Source of the DNA: Pseudomonadota bacterium
GTDB taxonomy: Bacteria; Pseudomonadota; Gammaproteobacteria; Steroidobacterales; Steroidobacteraceae
Length of the DNA stretch: 64,000 nucleotides
NCBI GenBank assembly: GCA_021805865.1
Contig: JAJZDX010000011.1
Span: 1,082 to 65,081, forward strand
Reading direction: 5' to 3'
The notes beneath the pieces were generated by a model. That model did no database searches and was not told the DNA's origin. It saw only the letters and a list, made by a program, of their open reading frames with translations. Shown in pieces: positions 48,989 through 58,861 of the stretch. The stretch's first letter is position 1. Each line of letters opens with the position of its first letter. The position numbers and the translations under genes were made by a program.

Positions 48989-49117
48989 TCACTTGTTTCT
49001 ATCGAGCTTGATCGGGGAATCCTTATCCTGCATGTGACCCTCGATCACGGCGAAGGCGAGCGATCCAATGCTTGCCAGCCCGAGAACCAGACCAAAGAGA
49101 ACCTGCATAAAGAACAT
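48989..49117 (-). CDS. Small (42 aa) single-pass membrane protein absent from the supplied ORF track
   Basis: GGAGGAATC precedes the ATG. Product MFFMQVLFGLVLGLASIGSLAFAVIEGHMQDKDSPIKLDRNK has one TM helix and a charged tail. 29/42 codons end in G/C although the local DNA is AT-rich for this genome. Confidence 0.45.
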   Translation of the reverse strand: MFFMQVLFGLVLGLASIGSLAFAVIEGHMQDKDSPIKLDRNK

Positions 49118-49571
49118 GATTCCTCCAGCGATTATTTGCTCCTTGTTGAGACCATGAATACCACAAAGCCCGTGAATGCAACCTTAACATGACCTCCACC
49201 GCGCACTTCATGCGGGAATGCAGGTCGAAATCCGCTCCGCCGCCACCGCCTGCGGCTGACCGGCCGGCTCTGGACGGCCGACGCGCCTCCCTCGTACATC
49301 TGCTCCATGACCTCGAATTCGGCCGGCGGGCGAAGCTCGCACCAAGCCATGCTGCCGCACGGCGCCCTTGGGAGGGTATTCGCGTGGCTGATGGACCGGG
49401 TGAGCCCCCCGGGCTTATCGCCGCTGCGGCGGATGCCCTCCGAGCGTGAGCACGGTCGAATTGCCACAGGCTCCGGGCTCAAGACGGTGTGAATGTGCCC
49501 GAGCGGACGCTCCGTGCTCGCCGCTCAATGGGCGGGGAGAGCCGCGCCTCAAGAAGGGCGCCGCGAAGCAC

Positions 49572-50759
49572 TCAAGGAACGGGCTCGCGGGCGGGGCGCG
49601 TGTTGCCGAAGCGGCGTGATAACGCCATGATGGTGGCCGACAGGATCACCACCAGGCGCACCGTGCCATTGAGGTACGGCGGCAGGTGCATCCTGCGCGC
49701 GGCTTCGATGTAAAGAAGCACTGTGACGAGGCCTCGCGGGGCGATCCAGGTGAGAGTCGCGGCCAGCCGCCGGTCGATGAGCAGTAGCAGAGCGCGGCGC
49801 GACCCATAGATCACGGCCAGGACCGCCGCAGCGGCCAGCCAGGAGCGTGCGACAGTGAAGTCGGACAGGTTGGTCGAATAGCCGAGCAGAAAGAAGAAAA
49901 ATACGCGGACCGCGAAGGTCAGCTCCTGAACCAGCACCCGGAACTCCCCGACCGTGGCCGCGGAGATCTTCGCTGAGATCCGGCGCAGCGTCGGTATCTG
50001 ATCGAGCGCCGACTTGTTGTTGAGCATCAGTCCGAACAGCAGAACCATGATCAGAGGCGAGAGGTGCAGCAGCTCCCCCGCGGCATAGAGCGCGAACAGC
50101 CCGGCGAGCAGCGGGATGTAGCGCACGTGCGCGTCGGCGCGCGTCGTCACCAGAACCAGCGTCACGGAGCAGGCGACTGCGAGCACCAGGGAGAGCAGGC
50201 CCCCTCCGGCCAATTCCGTCAGAACTCCGCTCAGGGTGGCATCCGAATTGACGAGCGCAAAAAACATCAGTACGCCGACGATATCGGATACGGAGCTCTC
50301 ATAGACGACGAAGTCCCGCGCGCCGCTGTCCAGAAAGTGGCTGCCCGGGATCGCGATTGCGCTGCTGATGACCGCGAATGGGGTTGCGAGGATCATTCCC
50401 TGGAAGAAACTCATGTGCAGCGCATGGGCCGCGATCAGGGCGAATACCGACGCGCACAGAACGAACGCCGCGACCGCCAGAACCGACGCCGCTGTCGCCA
50501 GCCTGATCCGTTCGCGCCTCAGCTCGATGTCGAGTCCGCCTTCGAGCACGATCAGCACGAGACCGATGGATCCGGCGGTCGGCACCATGGCCTTCAGTTC
50601 CACGGCCACCGCCCCCATCGAACGCAGGAGCGGCTGGGCGAGCAACCCGAGGACGATCATCACGATCACCGACGGCACTCCGGAGCGCCGATCCCAGCGC
50701 TCCACCGCGAATGCCGCAAGCAGGAAGATCGAGGCGATCAGGATCCCAATGTCAGTCAT
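49572..50759 (-). CDS. Cation:proton antiporter (Na+/H+ exchanger family)
   Basis: 395 aa from MTDIGILIASIFLL.., ~11 TM, ..LIVLEGGLDIEL.., ..SSVSDIVGVL.. typical of CPA transporters. The upstream part of the 719-aa ORF is Arg/Ala-rich non-protein-like sequence. Confidence 0.75.
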   Translation of the reverse strand: MTDIGILIASIFLLAAFAVERWDRRSGVPSVIVMIVLGLLAQPLLRSMGAVAVELKAMVPTAGSIGLVLIVLEGGLDIELRRERIRLATAASVLAVAAFVLCASVFALIAAHALHMSFFQGMILATPFAVISSAIAIPGSHFLDSGARDFVVYESSVSDIVGVLMFFALVNSDATLSGVLTELAGGGLLSLVLAVACSVTLVLVTTRADAHVRYIPLLAGLFALYAAGELLHLSPLIMVLLFGLMLNNKSALDQIPTLRRISAKISAATVGEFRVLVQELTFAVRVFFFFLLGYSTNLSDFTVARSWLAAAAVLAVIYGSRRALLLLIDRRLAATLTWIAPRGLVTVLLYIEAARRMHLPPYLNGTVRLVVILSATIMALSRRFGNTRPAREPVP

Positions 50760-51119
50760 CCGAAACTCCAGTAGCTGGCGCCGGCGGCGCTCAACCCACA
50801 ACGAACCCAAATTCGGTGTGGCGACGACCGCAGCGCCAAGACGGCCCATTCGCCTCGAACGAAACCATCCTCTTCCCGCCCGCAGCTCCCAGACCGCCAA
50901 TATACACGCTGCGCTCCGCGAGGGCCGACGGTCCTGGTGGCGGCGTCCGCTGCCGGCGGCCCGGCCGGCGCCGGCCGGGTTTGCCCGGACAGAGCCCGTC
51001 GAATGCGGACATGAAGCGGGCACTCTGAAGCCGTTGAGCCCTGCGATCGACAGGCCCCGAGCGGGCCTCGAATCTGCGCCGTGTCGGCAGGTATCATGGA
51101 GGCAACGCGGGCAGGCACG

Positions 51120-51905
51120 ATGAGCGGGATACGCGCTTACTATCGCACACGGGCCCTTGAATACGACCGCGTCTACGCGAAGCCCGAGTGGCAGGACGAG
51201 CTTCGTGAGATGGAACGTTGGCTGCCGGCGCAACTGCGCGGCCGCAGGGTTCCGGAGGTGGCGTGCGCAGCCGGCGGCTGGACTCAATTCGTCGCTGCGG
51301 TGGCGCGCGGTGTCGTGGCGACCGATGCGGTACCGGCGCCGCTCGAGATCGCGCAACGCCGCATTTACCGGCGTGACGTGGCTTTCCTTCTCGGGGACGC
51401 GTATCACCTGCCATCCGACATCGGCGTCTTTGACGCCACGTTTGCCGGATTCTGGCTCTCTCCCGTGCCGCGCTCCCGCCAACGGGAGTTCCTCCTGCAA
51501 CTCGGCGAGCGCGTGCAGCCCGGCTCTCCGGTCATCCTGTTTGACAACCTGTACGTCGAAGGCAGCAGCACAGCGATCGCCGAATCGGACGCCGAGGGGA
51601 ACACCTATCAGCTTCGGGCGCCCGGCAATGGCGCCGTGCATCGCGTGTTGAGGAACTTTCCGACGGATCTGGAGCTTCTGACGCTTGCCGGCAGCATCCG
51701 CGAGGACGCGCAATTCACACGGTGGCGGCACTATTGGGGGTTGGCATACGTCACCCCGATCGGCCGCAGGCGCGGCGAGCTCGTGAATGACCGGTTACGC
51801 CTTGGTCTGCTCGCCGGGGCGGCCGTGGAATCCGGGTCGCGAGTCGGGATGGCCGCCGGGGCGCTCATATCTTTTGGGTATGTGAGGGGCTGGCGGAGAT
51901 TTTGA
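51120..51905 (+). CDS. Class I SAM-dependent methyltransferase
   Basis: ..YYRTRALEYDRVY.., VPEVACAAGGWT (motif I-like), ..FDATFAGFWLSPVP.., ..QPGSPVILFDN... Exact start and C-terminal extent uncertain. Confidence 0.6.
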   Translation: MSGIRAYYRTRALEYDRVYAKPEWQDELREMERWLPAQLRGRRVPEVACAAGGWTQFVAAVARGVVATDAVPAPLEIAQRRIYRRDVAFLLGDAYHLPSDIGVFDATFAGFWLSPVPRSRQREFLLQLGERVQPGSPVILFDNLYVEGSSTAIAESDAEGNTYQLRAPGNGAVHRVLRNFPTDLELLTLAGSIREDAQFTRWRHYWGLAYVTPIGRRRGELVNDRLRLGLLAGAAVESGSRVGMAAGALISFGYVRGWRRF

Positions 51906-52262
51906 GGATCCGGCCGGAGCTGCCTGTTTCTGCAGCCAAAACGCGCGCCGCCGGCGCTCACGGGCATGGGCAAGTCGCCCGACGTGTCGAAAAATGGGCG
52001 CTTCCCCGGGGTTGACGCATCGGGCCATGCCTTACATCATGTATCTCAGGATGTTGGTGCCGAAGTAGTTTTCGAGTTGCACCGTTCAGCGGTGGCCGTC
52101 CCGACCGAATCCGCCACGGCGAGCAAAGAGGGTGCGACCGCCGGGGTCGGCCGGCTTCCTCATCCATGCCCTGTCTGCTGGCGCAGACACCGGAGCGACG
52201 GGTTCCGTACGGAAACACCCACCGCTTCCCGCATTCCGCCGACCTCCCGGGGAGGAAAGATC

Positions 52263-52667
52263 ATGCCTAGAAGCACAATCCGAACGCTCCATCGCTTTGG
52301 CGCCATCGCGTTCGCGCTCGCGCTCGCGCTCCCGGCTGGAATGGCCCTGGCACAGCAATCCGCCGCGGACCCGCCGGCCGCCCGGGCGATGCAGTTTTCC
52401 GATCAGCAGCTGCAATCCTTTGCCAAAGCGGCGCTGCAGGTCCGACGGATCGCGCAGCGCGCCGAGGCGTCCCTGCAGGGGACGAAAACGGCCAGTGCGA
52501 GGCAGGCGGTGGTGGCGAGCGCCGAGAAGGAGCAGGTCCGAGCCGTCAAGGCAAGCGGGCTGACGCTCGATCAGTACAACGCGATTTCCATGGCGGCCCG
52601 GCAGAATCCGAACATGCGAATGAAGATCGGCCAATACGTCAGGCAGGACCTCGGCAGGCAAAAATAG
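52263..52667 (+). CDS. DUF4168 domain secreted protein
   Basis: GGAGG before ATG 52263. Signal ..FGAIAFALALALPAGMALAQ. FSDQQLQSFAKAALQVRRI...SGLTLDQYNAISMAARQNPNM matches the DUF4168 repeat pattern. Confidence 0.65.
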   Translation: MPRSTIRTLHRFGAIAFALALALPAGMALAQQSAADPPAARAMQFSDQQLQSFAKAALQVRRIAQRAEASLQGTKTASARQAVVASAEKEQVRAVKASGLTLDQYNAISMAARQNPNMRMKIGQYVRQDLGRQK

Positions 52668-52727
52668 GCTCACCGGGTCGGCTCGGGGCTGGCGGCCCGC
52701 ACGGTTGCCCGGACCGGATGTGCCCGC

Positions 52728-53846
52728 TCAGTCGAGCGGCCAGTGAATCGTGCCCGTCGGACTGCCATGCGGAGTCGCGCCGTCGAGCGGTTGTCTCACG
52801 GTACCGATTCGCCACCAGGGCTCCACCCGATCGGGCGTGTGCGCGGGCTCGGCGGGCTCGCCGAGACGCGGCATGAGCAGCCGCGCCCGGCTCTTCGAGC
52901 TCAGCTCGAGCAGGCGCTCCGGCGGCTGGTCCCAGGCGTGCAGCGCCAGACTGAAGGTTCCCCAATGCACCGGGAGAAAGACGCCGTCGCCGAGAAGCGC
53001 GGCGGCCTGGAGCGCATTGTCCAGCCCGAGATGCATGTCGCCCCAGGCGCGGTCCCAGCCGCCCATCTCGAGCATCACCAGTTCGAACGGCCCGAGCCGC
53101 GTGCGGATGCTCTCGTATTCTGTCGTCAGCCCGGTGTCGCCGCTGAAAAAGACGCCATGGCGCTCTGACCTCAAAACGAAGGATGACCAGAGCGTCGCAT
53201 TGCGCGTCTTCAGTGTGCGTCCGGAGAAATGCTGTGACGGCGCGGCGGTCACCCTGACCCCGGCATTGCACAGTTCATGCGACTCCCACCAGTCGAGCTC
53301 GGTGATGCGCTGCGGTCGCACGCCCCAAGCCTCCAGGTGGGCGCCGACCCCGAGCGACGTCACGAACGGAACGTCGCTCTTGGCCAGCGCGCGAATGGTC
53401 GGATAGTCGAGATGATCGTAGTGGTCATGCGAGATGATCACCAGGTCGAGCGACGGCATCGCGCCGAGGTCGATCGGTATCGGCTGGAAGCGCTTCGGAC
53501 CGATGAGCCCGAACGGGGAGGCGCGCGCCCCCCACACCGGATCGGTCAGCACACGCACGCCGTCGATCTCGATGAGCACGGTCGAATGGCCGAGCCACGT
53601 GATCCGCAGCCCGCTTGCGGGCTTGCGGCGCCACGCCTCGAGGGGACTCACCGAGGGCAGCGGCCGTGCCGGCGTGCGGCGATCGTCCGGAAACAGAAAA
53701 TCCCTCACCGTGGGCATCCTCGCATTGGGATCGCGCAAACCGGGGAGGATCGGGTGCACGTTTCGGAAGCTCTCGCCCGCCCACTGCGATGAGGCTTTCA
53801 TGCGCTCCAGACGGGCGCTTTGCGCCCTCGAGCCGAGTGATTTCAT
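52728..53846 (-). CDS. MBL-fold metallo-hydrolase (NAPE-PLD-like)
   Basis: ..ITWLGHSTVLIEIDGVRVLTDPVW.., ISHDHYDHLD metal motif, ..FLPVHWGTF... Confidence 0.8.
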   Translation of the reverse strand: MKSLGSRAQSARLERMKASSQWAGESFRNVHPILPGLRDPNARMPTVRDFLFPDDRRTPARPLPSVSPLEAWRRKPASGLRITWLGHSTVLIEIDGVRVLTDPVWGARASPFGLIGPKRFQPIPIDLGAMPSLDLVIISHDHYDHLDYPTIRALAKSDVPFVTSLGVGAHLEAWGVRPQRITELDWWESHELCNAGVRVTAAPSQHFSGRTLKTRNATLWSSFVLRSERHGVFFSGDTGLTTEYESIRTRLGPFELVMLEMGGWDRAWGDMHLGLDNALQAAALLGDGVFLPVHWGTFSLALHAWDQPPERLLELSSKSRARLLMPRLGEPAEPAHTPDRVEPWWRIGTVRQPLDGATPHGSPTGTIHWPLD

Positions 53847-53963
53847 GGATGAGTCCCTGGCAGGCGGCGCTCCAGTGTACCGCGGCAGCGCCTCCCCTGA
53901 CCGAGGAGGGCGAGCAGCCGGTGGACGGTGCCGGCACCGAACGGATCCTAGGCGATCCGCATT

Positions 53964-54583
53964 CTAATGATCGCCGCCCGGCTTCAGCGACCGTACGCGG
54001 GCGCGCGTCGCGCGTTCGACGTCACCGGCCATGTTTCGCGCGATATTTCTCCACATCGCATTGCTGTCCGCGCCATCGGCCCGCATGGAAATGACATGCA
54101 ACACCCTGCCGGTGCGCACGTCATCCACCTGGACATCGAGGAAGGTGATCAGATTGCTCAGGGTTCGCACCTGGCCGATCAGGACGACATCCGCGCCCGC
54201 CCGCTTCGCCATCAAGATCAAGCTGGCGCGGCACTCTGTCGGATGGCGATAGTCCGCCTGTCACTTTGCGAAGCGCGGCCGCCACATTCGTGCTGCCCAG
54301 AGAGCGAAACGAAGAACCCCGGCGCAGGTCCTCGGCCAGCTGGCCGGCGAGCCCAGCGGCGCAGGGGCACGACCGTCACGGGCCTGCGATCCAGAGAGTA
54401 GTCGTACAGGTCGAACGGAAGTACGAGCAGCCTCTGTCTGGGCGCGGCGGCGACCTCGTTGGCCGACATGCCCCGGGCTCCGCTCAGCCCGGCCAGCGCC
54501 AGGAGCGCCATCACGAGACATGCCGCGGATCCGTTTTTTGTCCCGACCAACCGAAAGATTCGGGCTTTCCGGGTCTCGTTCAC
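53964..54583 (-). pseudogene. Secreted/lipoprotein family gene (DUF2380/DUF3280-like by recollection) broken by at least two frameshifts
   Basis: Signal and start (..ACLVMALLALAGLSGA..RLLVLPFDLYDYSLD) in ORF 54218-54583. The middle (..LAGQLAEDLRRGSSFRSLGSTNVAAALRKV..) reads in a second frame. The C-terminal part (ECRASLILMAKRAGADVVLIGQVRTLSNLITFLDVQVDDVRTGRV) is in the frame of ORF 53964-54221. Confidence 0.5.
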
Positions 54584-54996
54584 GCGACCTCCGCCGCCGG
54601 CACGCGTCGCAAACCAACTCTATACCGGAGTCAGTCCGCCTGAGCGCACGAGCGGCAGGCCGCTCGAGGAATCCCGGGCACTTCATCGGTGCGGTGGCTC
54701 CGGCCCGCTCGGATGCCTCAGGAAAGACCGTCACCCGGACTTTAGGATCCGTACGCTAATAACAGCATCAGTTCTGCTGCATGAAACGCTGGAAGCGGTC
54801 CTGCGTGCCCGCATGACATGGTACTGTTATTTATTTGCACCGCCTTAGTCCAGTGAGCACCCGAGCTCAAATCGGTCGTCCGGCCGCTGCCTGCGCAGGG
54901 ACCGATCCTCGTGAGGGCTCACCGCGGTCCAGCCGCTCATCTGGCGCCGCCGGGTGCGCGCGAGGCGCGGCCACGCAGGGGCGGAAGCCTGCGGCG

Positions 54997-55668
54997 TCAG
55001 CTCCGCCCGGCGGCTTCCAACCGCCGCTGCAGGGCCTCGCCGGCGGCGAGGATGTGCTCGCGCAGCAAAGCGACCGCGGCATCGATGTCGGCGGACTGCA
55101 GTCGCTCGAGGATGGCCTGGTGCTCGGCATCCGAGCGGGGCGCCCAGTTGAGATCCTTCCACGCCGCCAGCAGATAACGGGCGCTCGCCTGATGGAGGTC
55201 ATCGATGGCCAGGAGCAATCGCGGCATCCGACAGGGCGCGAGCAGGACGCGATGGAACCGGCGGTTGGCCTCCTCCCACACGATGAGCTCCTCACCGGCC
55301 TCGTCCGCGGCGATGGCCTGTCGCGCCTCCTGTAGATCGGCATCCGTCAGCGCGGCGGCGGCCTGGCGCAAGGCCAGAGCCTCGAGCGCGGCCCGCATCT
55401 CGGTGACCTCGCGGACCGCGGCAGGATCGATCGGCGCGACCCTCACGCCCCGGCGCGGCTCGCTCACCAGCAGCCCACGTGCTTCCAGCCTGCGGAACGC
55501 TTCGCGGACGGGCACGTGGCTGACGCTGAATTCGGCCGCGACCCGGTCCTGTCCGACCTTCCGGCCCGGCGGCAGCTCTCCCAGAACGATTCTGCGGGCG
55601 AGGACGTCCGCGATGTGCTCGGCGACGGATGAGCCCAGCCCAGGCGGTTGCAGTGACTTGGCTTTCAT
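54997..55668 (-). CDS. GntR-family (FadR/FCD subfamily) transcriptional regulator
   Basis: wHTH ..LPPGRKVGQDRVAAEFSVSHVPVREAFRRLEARGLL.. followed by a helical FCD-type domain; 223 aa. Confidence 0.85.
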   Translation of the reverse strand: MKAKSLQPPGLGSSVAEHIADVLARRIVLGELPPGRKVGQDRVAAEFSVSHVPVREAFRRLEARGLLVSEPRRGVRVAPIDPAAVREVTEMRAALEALALRQAAAALTDADLQEARQAIAADEAGEELIVWEEANRRFHRVLLAPCRMPRLLLAIDDLHQASARYLLAAWKDLNWAPRSDAEHQAILERLQSADIDAAVALLREHILAAGEALQRRLEAAGRS

Positions 55669-55672
55669 TATT

Positions 55673-55689
55673 TTATAGATTATCTATAA
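55673..55689. promoter_or_regulatory. 17-bp perfect inverted repeat between the gntR-type gene and the divergent aminotransferase (candidate operator)
   Basis: TTATAGAT-t-ATCTATAA, 5 nt from the regulator start codon and 26 nt from the aminotransferase GTG start. Confidence 0.45.
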
Positions 55690-55714
55690 TTTATCGTGGC
55701 TTTGGGAGACGGTC

Positions 55715-56881
55715 GTGCCTAGGCCCCGCCCCGCTCGACTGCAGCATATCGCCGGCATCGGTGTCGACCGCATGGGTGCGACCGCCGACGCCTGCGGCCA
55801 GGACTTGCTCAGGCTGGAGAACCTCGATGTCGACCTCCCGCCGGATGAGATGGCGGTTGCCCGAACGCGCGAGGCCGCCGCCCTCGATGCCGACAACAGC
55901 TACCTGCCCTTCGTCGGACAGGTCCCCTTGCGGGAGGCGGTGGCCCGGCACGTCTCCAGGGCCTCCGGCGTGGACTATTCCGGCGCGCGCAACTGTGTCA
56001 TCTCGGCGGGCGGACTGGCGGGCATTCTCAATGTGCTGCTTGCCACCATCGAGGTTGGAGATGAGGTGATCGTCACCGACCCGACCTACGCCGGACTGAT
56101 CAACCGTGTGCGACTCGCGGGCGGGACGCCGAGGTTCGTGCCTTTTCGATTCACGCCAGGCGGGCAATGGCGGCTCGATCGCGAGGCGCTCGAAGGCGCT
56201 GTGGGAACGAAGACCCGGGCAATGCTGCTGATGTCCCCAGCCATGCCCTGCGGGGGCATGCTCGAGGAGGCGGACTGGTCCGCGGTCGCCTCGCTGTGTC
56301 GCAAGCATGATCTGCTGCTGATCCTCGATGCCGCCATGGAGCGGCTGGTGTTCGATGGGCGGCGCCTCATCCACCCGGCGGGCCTGCCAGGCATGGCAGA
56401 GCGCACCATCACGGTCGGCTCCTCGGCCAAGGAGCTGCGCATGATCGGCTGGCGGGTCGGTTGGATCGTGGCCCCCGAAGCGCTCATGCCGGACCTGGTC
56501 GCGGTGTCACTGGCCAATGTCGTGGTTCCCGTAGGGATCGCCCAGGAGGCCGTGGCGGTGGCGCTCGAGCGCTCCCGGGAAACGATGGCATCCTATGTGG
56601 CGGAGTTGCAGGCGAGACGCGATGTGATGATGAAGGAGCTGGCGGGACTGCCGTTCGGCGCTCCAGCGGGCGGTTGGTCGATGCTGCTGCGGGTCTGTGA
56701 TTACGGCATCGACGGGGCGACCCTGGCGCAGCGCCTGCTCCAACAGCGCGTGTGCGCCACCGCGATGGACGGCTGGGGTGAGACTCACGGCCCGCAGTAC
56801 ATCCGGTTCGTATTCTCCAACGAGCCGGTGGCGAGGCTCGAGGGTCTGGGCAAGCGCGTGCGCGCGGCGCTCGGCGTATAG
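55715..56881 (+). CDS. Pyridoxal phosphate-dependent aminotransferase (class I/II)
   Basis: GGGAG 6 nt before GTG 55715. ..DPTYAGL.., ..ILDAAMERL.., PLP-Lys region VGSSAKELRMIGWRVGW. Confidence 0.8.
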   Translation: MPRPRPARLQHIAGIGVDRMGATADACGQDLLRLENLDVDLPPDEMAVARTREAAALDADNSYLPFVGQVPLREAVARHVSRASGVDYSGARNCVISAGGLAGILNVLLATIEVGDEVIVTDPTYAGLINRVRLAGGTPRFVPFRFTPGGQWRLDREALEGAVGTKTRAMLLMSPAMPCGGMLEEADWSAVASLCRKHDLLLILDAAMERLVFDGRRLIHPAGLPGMAERTITVGSSAKELRMIGWRVGWIVAPEALMPDLVAVSLANVVVPVGIAQEAVAVALERSRETMASYVAELQARRDVMMKELAGLPFGAPAGGWSMLLRVCDYGIDGATLAQRLLQQRVCATAMDGWGETHGPQYIRFVFSNEPVARLEGLGKRVRAALGV

Positions 56882-56915
56882 TCGCCATCTCACCGCACGT
56901 ACAGGAGGCCGTACC

Positions 56916-57533
56916 ATGAGCAAGGTTGCCGTCATAGGGATATCCGGCCGGGTCGGCTCGCGCATCGCCGCGGAGCTGCTGCGCCGAGGTCACAGCGTCA
57001 CCGGCATTGCCCGCAACGTGTCCACCGTGCCCGCCCGGCCCGGGCTCTCCGTGCAGGCCGCCGATGCCAGCCGGCCCGGCGCGCTAGCGCCCATGCTGAG
57101 GGGGCATGATGCGGTCATCAGCGCAATGCGCTTCGCCGGCGGGATCACCGCACCGGCGCTGATTTCCGCTGTCAAGCACGCCGACGTCAAACGCGTGCTG
57201 GTCGTCGGTGGCGCGGGGAGCCTGCTGATCGCACCGGGCGTCGCTCTCATCGACAGCCCGGATTTCCCGGCGGCCTACAAGGCGGAAGCCTCGGCCGGGC
57301 GATTCTTTCTCGATGCGCTGCGCACCGAGACGGACCTCGACTGGACCTTCCTCTCGCCCTCGGCGGTGCTCGAGCCCGGGGAGCGCACGGGCAAGTTCCG
57401 CATGGGCGGCGATGATCTGCTGGTCGATGTGCAGGGCAGGAGTCACATCTCCATGGAAGACTACGCCATCGCGCTGGTCGATGAGCTGGAGACGCCCAGG
57501 CACGGCCGGCGCCGGTTCACGGTCGGGTATTGA
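56916..57533 (+). CDS. NAD(P)H-binding (NmrA/atypical SDR-like) protein
   Basis: AGGAGG before ATG 56916. MSKVAVIGISGRVGSRIAAELLRRGHSVTGIAR Rossmann motif; 205 aa. Confidence 0.75.
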   Translation: MSKVAVIGISGRVGSRIAAELLRRGHSVTGIARNVSTVPARPGLSVQAADASRPGALAPMLRGHDAVISAMRFAGGITAPALISAVKHADVKRVLVVGGAGSLLIAPGVALIDSPDFPAAYKAEASAGRFFLDALRTETDLDWTFLSPSAVLEPGERTGKFRMGGDDLLVDVQGRSHISMEDYAIALVDELETPRHGRRRFTVGY

Positions 57534-57623
57534 GTCTGCCCCTGCGGGCGCGGGGGTCTGCGCAAACCCTGCGCAATCCAGGGACACCCGGGCCGCCGCT
57601 GCGCACGGCGGGCGGATCGCACA

Positions 57624-58796
57624 TCAGCTGGACAGGCCGATCTCCGCCAGGATTTCGCTCGTATGCTCCCCGAGACGGGGTGCGGGACGCGCCACATCGA
57701 GCTGTGCGCCGGAGAAACAAATGGGGGTGCGAATGGCCGGCGTCGTTCCGCCGGCGGCCCACGGCGCCTGCAGCTGCACAAACATCCCGCGGTGAAGCAC
57801 CTGCGGATCGGAAAAGACCTCCGCCACAGTGTTGATCGGGCCGGCGGGAATACCCCTCTCCTCCAGGGCTCGCAGCACCTCCTCGCCGGTGAGCCGGGCG
57901 AGCCGGTCGGACAACATCGGGATGAGCTCTCCCCGGTGCTCGACCCGGGCGGCGTTTGTGGCGAATCTGGCATCAGCGGCCAGCGCTGGGTGGCCGAGAT
58001 ACTCGCACAGCCGGGCGAACTGGGCGTCGTTACCGACAGTGATGATCACGCGGCCGTCGCTCACCGGGAACTCCTGGTACGGCACGATGTTCGGATGTGC
58101 GTTGCCGAGGCGCCGAGGCGCCTGGCCGGAGACGAGAAAACTCAGGCCCTGATTGGCCAGCACGCCGACCATGGAATCGAGCAATGACAGGTCGATGTGC
58201 TGACCGACCCCCGTCCGTGCGCGCTGCGTGAGAGCCGCCAGTACCGCGACGGCGCCGTAAGTTCCGGTGAAGATATCGGCAAACGCCACGCCCACCTTTT
58301 GGGGCTCGCCGTCCGGCTCTCCGGTGAGGTCCATGATCCCGCTCATGCCCTGGATGATGAAGTCGTACCCTGCACGATGCGCATAGGGGCCCGTCTGGCC
58401 GAATCCGGTCACGGAGCAATAGATGAGGCGTGGATTGAGCCCGGCCAGGGCGGAATAATCGAGACCGAACTTTGCCAGTCCTCCGACTTTGAAGTTCTCG
58501 ATCAGCACATCGGAGCGCTCCGCAAGCCGCCGCACGATCCGACAGCCCTCTTCCGTCGCAAAATCAGCGACGATCGAGCGCTTGCCGCGATTGCAGGCGT
58601 GGAAATAAGCGGCGTCGAGCTCCTCTGAGCCCCGCCCGCGAACGAACGGCGGCCCCCATCTGCGCGTGTCGTCGCCGTCGGGCGATTCAACCTTCACCAC
58701 GTCCGCGCCGAGGTCGGCCAGGATCTGTCCGATCCAGGGCCCGGCCAGAATGCGTGCCAGCTCGACCACGCGCACACCGGTCAGGGGAGCGTTCAT
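57624..58796 (-). CDS. Family III CoA-transferase (CaiB/BaiF type)
   Basis: PLTGVRVVELARILAGPWIGQILADLGADVVKVE, ..RGKRSI.., ..GYDFIIQGMSGIMDLTGEPDG... Confidence 0.85.
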   Translation of the reverse strand: MNAPLTGVRVVELARILAGPWIGQILADLGADVVKVESPDGDDTRRWGPPFVRGRGSEELDAAYFHACNRGKRSIVADFATEEGCRIVRRLAERSDVLIENFKVGGLAKFGLDYSALAGLNPRLIYCSVTGFGQTGPYAHRAGYDFIIQGMSGIMDLTGEPDGEPQKVGVAFADIFTGTYGAVAVLAALTQRARTGVGQHIDLSLLDSMVGVLANQGLSFLVSGQAPRRLGNAHPNIVPYQEFPVSDGRVIITVGNDAQFARLCEYLGHPALAADARFATNAARVEHRGELIPMLSDRLARLTGEEVLRALEERGIPAGPINTVAEVFSDPQVLHRGMFVQLQAPWAAGGTTPAIRTPICFSGAQLDVARPAPRLGEHTSEILAEIGLSS

Positions 58797-58861
58797 GAAA
58801 GCACCGGCTCCCATGTGGGCGGTACATCAATCAGCATTCGCCGCTTCGCGCACCCGAATCG

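Noticed and set aside
49132-49482. 116-aa ORF ending 11 nt before the small membrane ORF
   Set aside because: The product is Arg/Ser/Gly-rich and not protein-like, its last ~25 codons lose the G/C third-position bias, and no family is recognised.
54757-54832. 9-bp inverted repeat TAATAACAG ... CTGTTATTA enclosing 58 nt in an AT-rich patch (MITE or sRNA?)
   Set aside because: The stem is short and the loop long. It has no U-tract, no second copy in the window and no flanking duplication. It is probably promoter-region AT-richness upstream of the broken lipoprotein gene.
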